Assembly: GCA_950097015.1 (NCBI GenBank)
Contig: CATNEN010000025.1
Location: 6,758,001 to 6,822,000, forward strand
DNA from: Macrostomum hystrix
Lineage: Eukaryota > Animalia > Platyhelminthes
Direction of reading: 5' to 3'
DNA length: 64,000 nt
The position numbers and the translations under genes were made by a program. The notes beneath the pieces are model-generated. The model did no database searches and was not told the origin of the DNA. It saw only the letters and a list, made by a program, of their open reading frames with translations. Shown piece by piece: positions 61,160 through 64,000 of the stretch. Positions within the stretch are counted from its first letter, which is position 1. The number at the start of each line of letters is the position of its first letter.

Positions 61160-62232
61160 TTTCACTCCTTCAGATGGACTAACTGTCTAGCCAGTTTCAC
61201 ACCTTCAGTTCGACTAACTGTCTAGCCAGTTTCACACCTTCAGTTGAACTAACTGTCTAGCCAGTTTCACACCTTCAGTTGGACTAACTGTCTAGCTTGT
61301 TTCACGCCTTCATTTGGACTAACTGTCTACCCAGTTTCACACCTTCAGTTGGACTAACTGTCTAGCTTGTTTCACACCTTCAGTTGGACTAACTGTCTAG
61401 CTTGTTTCACACCTTCAGTTGGACTAACTGTCTACCCAGTTTCAAACCTTCAGTTGGACTAACTGTCTAGCCAGTTTCACACCTTCAGATGGACTAACTG
61501 TCTACCCAGTTTCACACCTTCAGTTGGACTAACTGTCTAGCTTGTTTCACACCTTCAGTTGGACAAACTGTCTAGCCAGTTTCACACCTTCAGTTGGACT
61601 AACTGTCTAGCCAGTTTCACACCTTCAGTTGGACTAACTGTCTAGCCAGTTTCACACCTTCAGTTGGACTAACTGTCTAGCTTGTTTCACACCTTCAGTT
61701 GGACTAACTGTCTAGCTTGTTTCACACCTTCAGTTGGACTAACTGTCTAGCTTGTTTCACACCTTCAGTTGGACTGTCTAGCTTGTTTCACACCTTCAGT
61801 TGGACTGTCTAGCTTGTTTCACACCTTCAGTTGGACTAACTGTCTAGCCAGTTTCACACCTTCAGTTGGACTAACTGTCTAGCCAGTTTCACACCTTCAG
61901 TTGGACTAACTGTCTAGCCAGTTTCACACCTTCAGTTGGACTAACTGTCTAGCCAGTTTCACACCTTCAGTTGGACTAACTGTCTAGCCAGTTTCACACC
62001 TTCAGTTGGACTAACTGTCTACCCAGTTTCACACCTTCAGTTGGACTAACTGTCTAGCCAGTTTCACACCTACAGTTGGACTAACTGTCTAGCCAGTTTC
62101 ACACCTACAGTTGGACTAACTGTCTAGCTTGTTTCACACCTTCAGTTGGACTAACTGTCTAGCTTGTTTCACGCCTTCATTTGGACTAACTGTCTACCCA
62201 GTTTCACACCTTCAGTTTAACTAACTGTCTAG
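61160..62232. repeat. 35-bp minisatellite B (GTTTCACACCTTCAGTTGGACTAACTGTCTAGCCA)n
   Basis: Tandem copies. Confidence 0.95.
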
Positions 62233-62704
62233 TAATTTTGACACCATCAGCTTGTGCTATTTGTCCAATAAAAAGCCTTAGATGAACAGTCGTAGATGAA
62301 TATTGGCAGGCTTCGAACAGCAGTGTAAGCCGTGTATATTTGTCTGCAAATGTCCACAGCAGTCGCGCTTTCTGTTTAATTCGCTTCGAAAATTCTCCGA
62401 GTCTTCTTTCTCTCTGTTCAGTTGCTTGAAATGTACGCTACTGCATGTATCTGGTTGTATTGTGCGCACCGATTGCTTCGGTAACTATCCATTTTGTTCG
62501 CGTTACTGTCTCGTCACGATTTGCAAATAAACCTATTGCTGAGGAATGAGCACTGAATTACGACTCCTATTATATTTTACCAATTCTCTGTTGATTTGTT
62601 TACTGATTATCTCAAGTTGTATAGAGCAAAAGTTATCTCACTGTGGCTCACTTATACTTTTTTATTTTTGCATCCATACCAGTTCATCCGAACACCGCCT
62701 CCGC

Positions 62705-63250
62705 TGTACCAGACTCCACTGTCAGCTGAACCAGACTCTTCCACAGTCAGTCAGCTGTACCGGACTCTTTTACAGTCAGTCAGTTGTACCAGACTCTCCC
62801 ACAGTCGGTCAGCTGTACCAGACTCTCCCACAGACAGTCAGTTGTACCAGACTCTCCCACAGACAGTCAGTTGTACCAGACTCTCCCACAGTCAGTCAGT
62901 TGTACCAGACTCTTCCACAGTCAGTCAGTTGTACCAGACTCTCCCACAGTCGGTCAGCTGTACCAGACTCTCCCACAGACAGTCAGTTGTACCAGACTCT
63001 CCTACAGTCAGTCAGCTGTACCAGACTCTCCCACAGACAGTCAGTTGTACCAGACTCTCCCACAGTCGGTCAGCTGTACCGGACTCTTTTACAGTCAGTC
63101 AGTTGTACCAGACTCTCCCACAGTCGGTCAGCTGTACCAGACTCTCCGACAGTCAGCTGTACCAGACTGTCACAGTCGGTCAGCTGTACCAGACTCTCCC
63201 ACAGTCAGTCAGTTGTACCAGACTCTCCCACAGTCGGTCAGCTGTACCAG
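62705..63250. repeat. Minisatellite A, second array (29-bp)
   Basis: Same unit as 58935-60450. Confidence 0.93.
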
Positions 63251-63919
63251 AGTCCAGTCTTTCCATACAACAAGAAGCAGAAGACATAATCAGATTTTGG
63301 TCCTTCTTATCGATTGACAATGTAGGCACTTACAAGCGTTCAGTAAAAAGAATAGTTTACAATAATTTATTTTTTATGCAGACAGATAGCTCGTAGTGCT
63401 GATTATATTTACGAGTATTTTATGCTTCCAAAATCTTGAAGCAGTTGAAAAAATCTGTTTCTTTTTTTCGTTTTTTATAGTTAGATCTGCGAGTGCACAG
63501 GATTAGAACAAGAGTATAGTTGGGTGATTGGAGTACAGTACAGTAAGTCTTAACTGTCACTTCGATTAGCTAATAGATAAAGAAAAAAAGAGGATGTTGA
63601 GAAAGAGAAGCTAATAGATAAACCTGCATTAATGGCGATCAGGAATCTCTAAATAACCTTTCTAATCTCCCATGAGAATTTTCTTATTAAAATGATACTA
63701 ACTACAGGCTAGGTAAGTCTTGGCGCGAATGAGAACTATTATTTAAAATCACTATAATCCATACGTGTAATATCATGTCTTACAAACTCAAATAACCATG
63801 ACAGGGACTGACTGGTAGAAGGTATTAACTCAGCCCAATATCATTGAAAAACGCGTACAACAATCAAACCATCTTGCTATGAACTGAATTAGGAACAGAC
63901 ACCATACGGTCCAGCAATA

Positions 63920-64000
63920 TTCACACCTTCAGTTGGACTAACTGTCTAGCTTGTTTCACACCTTCAGTTGGACTAACTGTCTAGCTTGTTTCACACCTTC
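63920..64000. repeat. Minisatellite B, second array (runs off the right edge)
   Basis: Same unit as 61160-62232. Confidence 0.9.

Noticed and set aside
58888-63396. Long Ser/Gln-rich + strand ORFs
   Set aside because: Translations of minisatellite A.
1-64000. CRISPR-like arrays
   Set aside because: Units of 24-45 bp are head-to-tail with no unique spacers, and the context is eukaryotic with no cas genes.

Overview
Eukaryotic (animal) genomic DNA: GC-rich exons sit in AT-rich introns that are packed with minisatellites. The style suggests a free-living flatworm such as Macrostomum, but this is inference only. Four spliced protein-coding genes can be assembled by hand with consistent GT-AG sites and phases. 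(1) MMS19 on the minus strand, 10 exons from 6592 to 455, running off the left edge. (2) An N-terminally extended NDUFS5-like twin-CX9C protein, join 12323-12748,16644-16742, whose single intron holds a decayed CACTA/EnSpm-like DNA transposon. (3) Rab24, join 17930-18171,18873-19072,19433-19668. (4) A complete insulin-receptor-family tyrosine kinase, 26747-57311, with 12 core exons. The most striking signals are in the receptor. A candidate 150-nt, 4-Cys symmetric cassette exon (48405-48554) lies at the junction that holds vertebrate INSR exon 11. There is no recognisable tetrabasic furin site, and FnIII-1 carries a Cys-rich insert. The window also contains two degenerate LINE RT remnants, two tRNA-derived SINE families (one copy hit by a hAT-type MITE with an 8-bp TSD), an unclassified ~400-bp dispersed element, more than 20 distinct tandem arrays, and a possible eroded minus-strand gene at 58-63 kb. 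Nearly all very long ORFs in the track are tandem-repeat artefacts.
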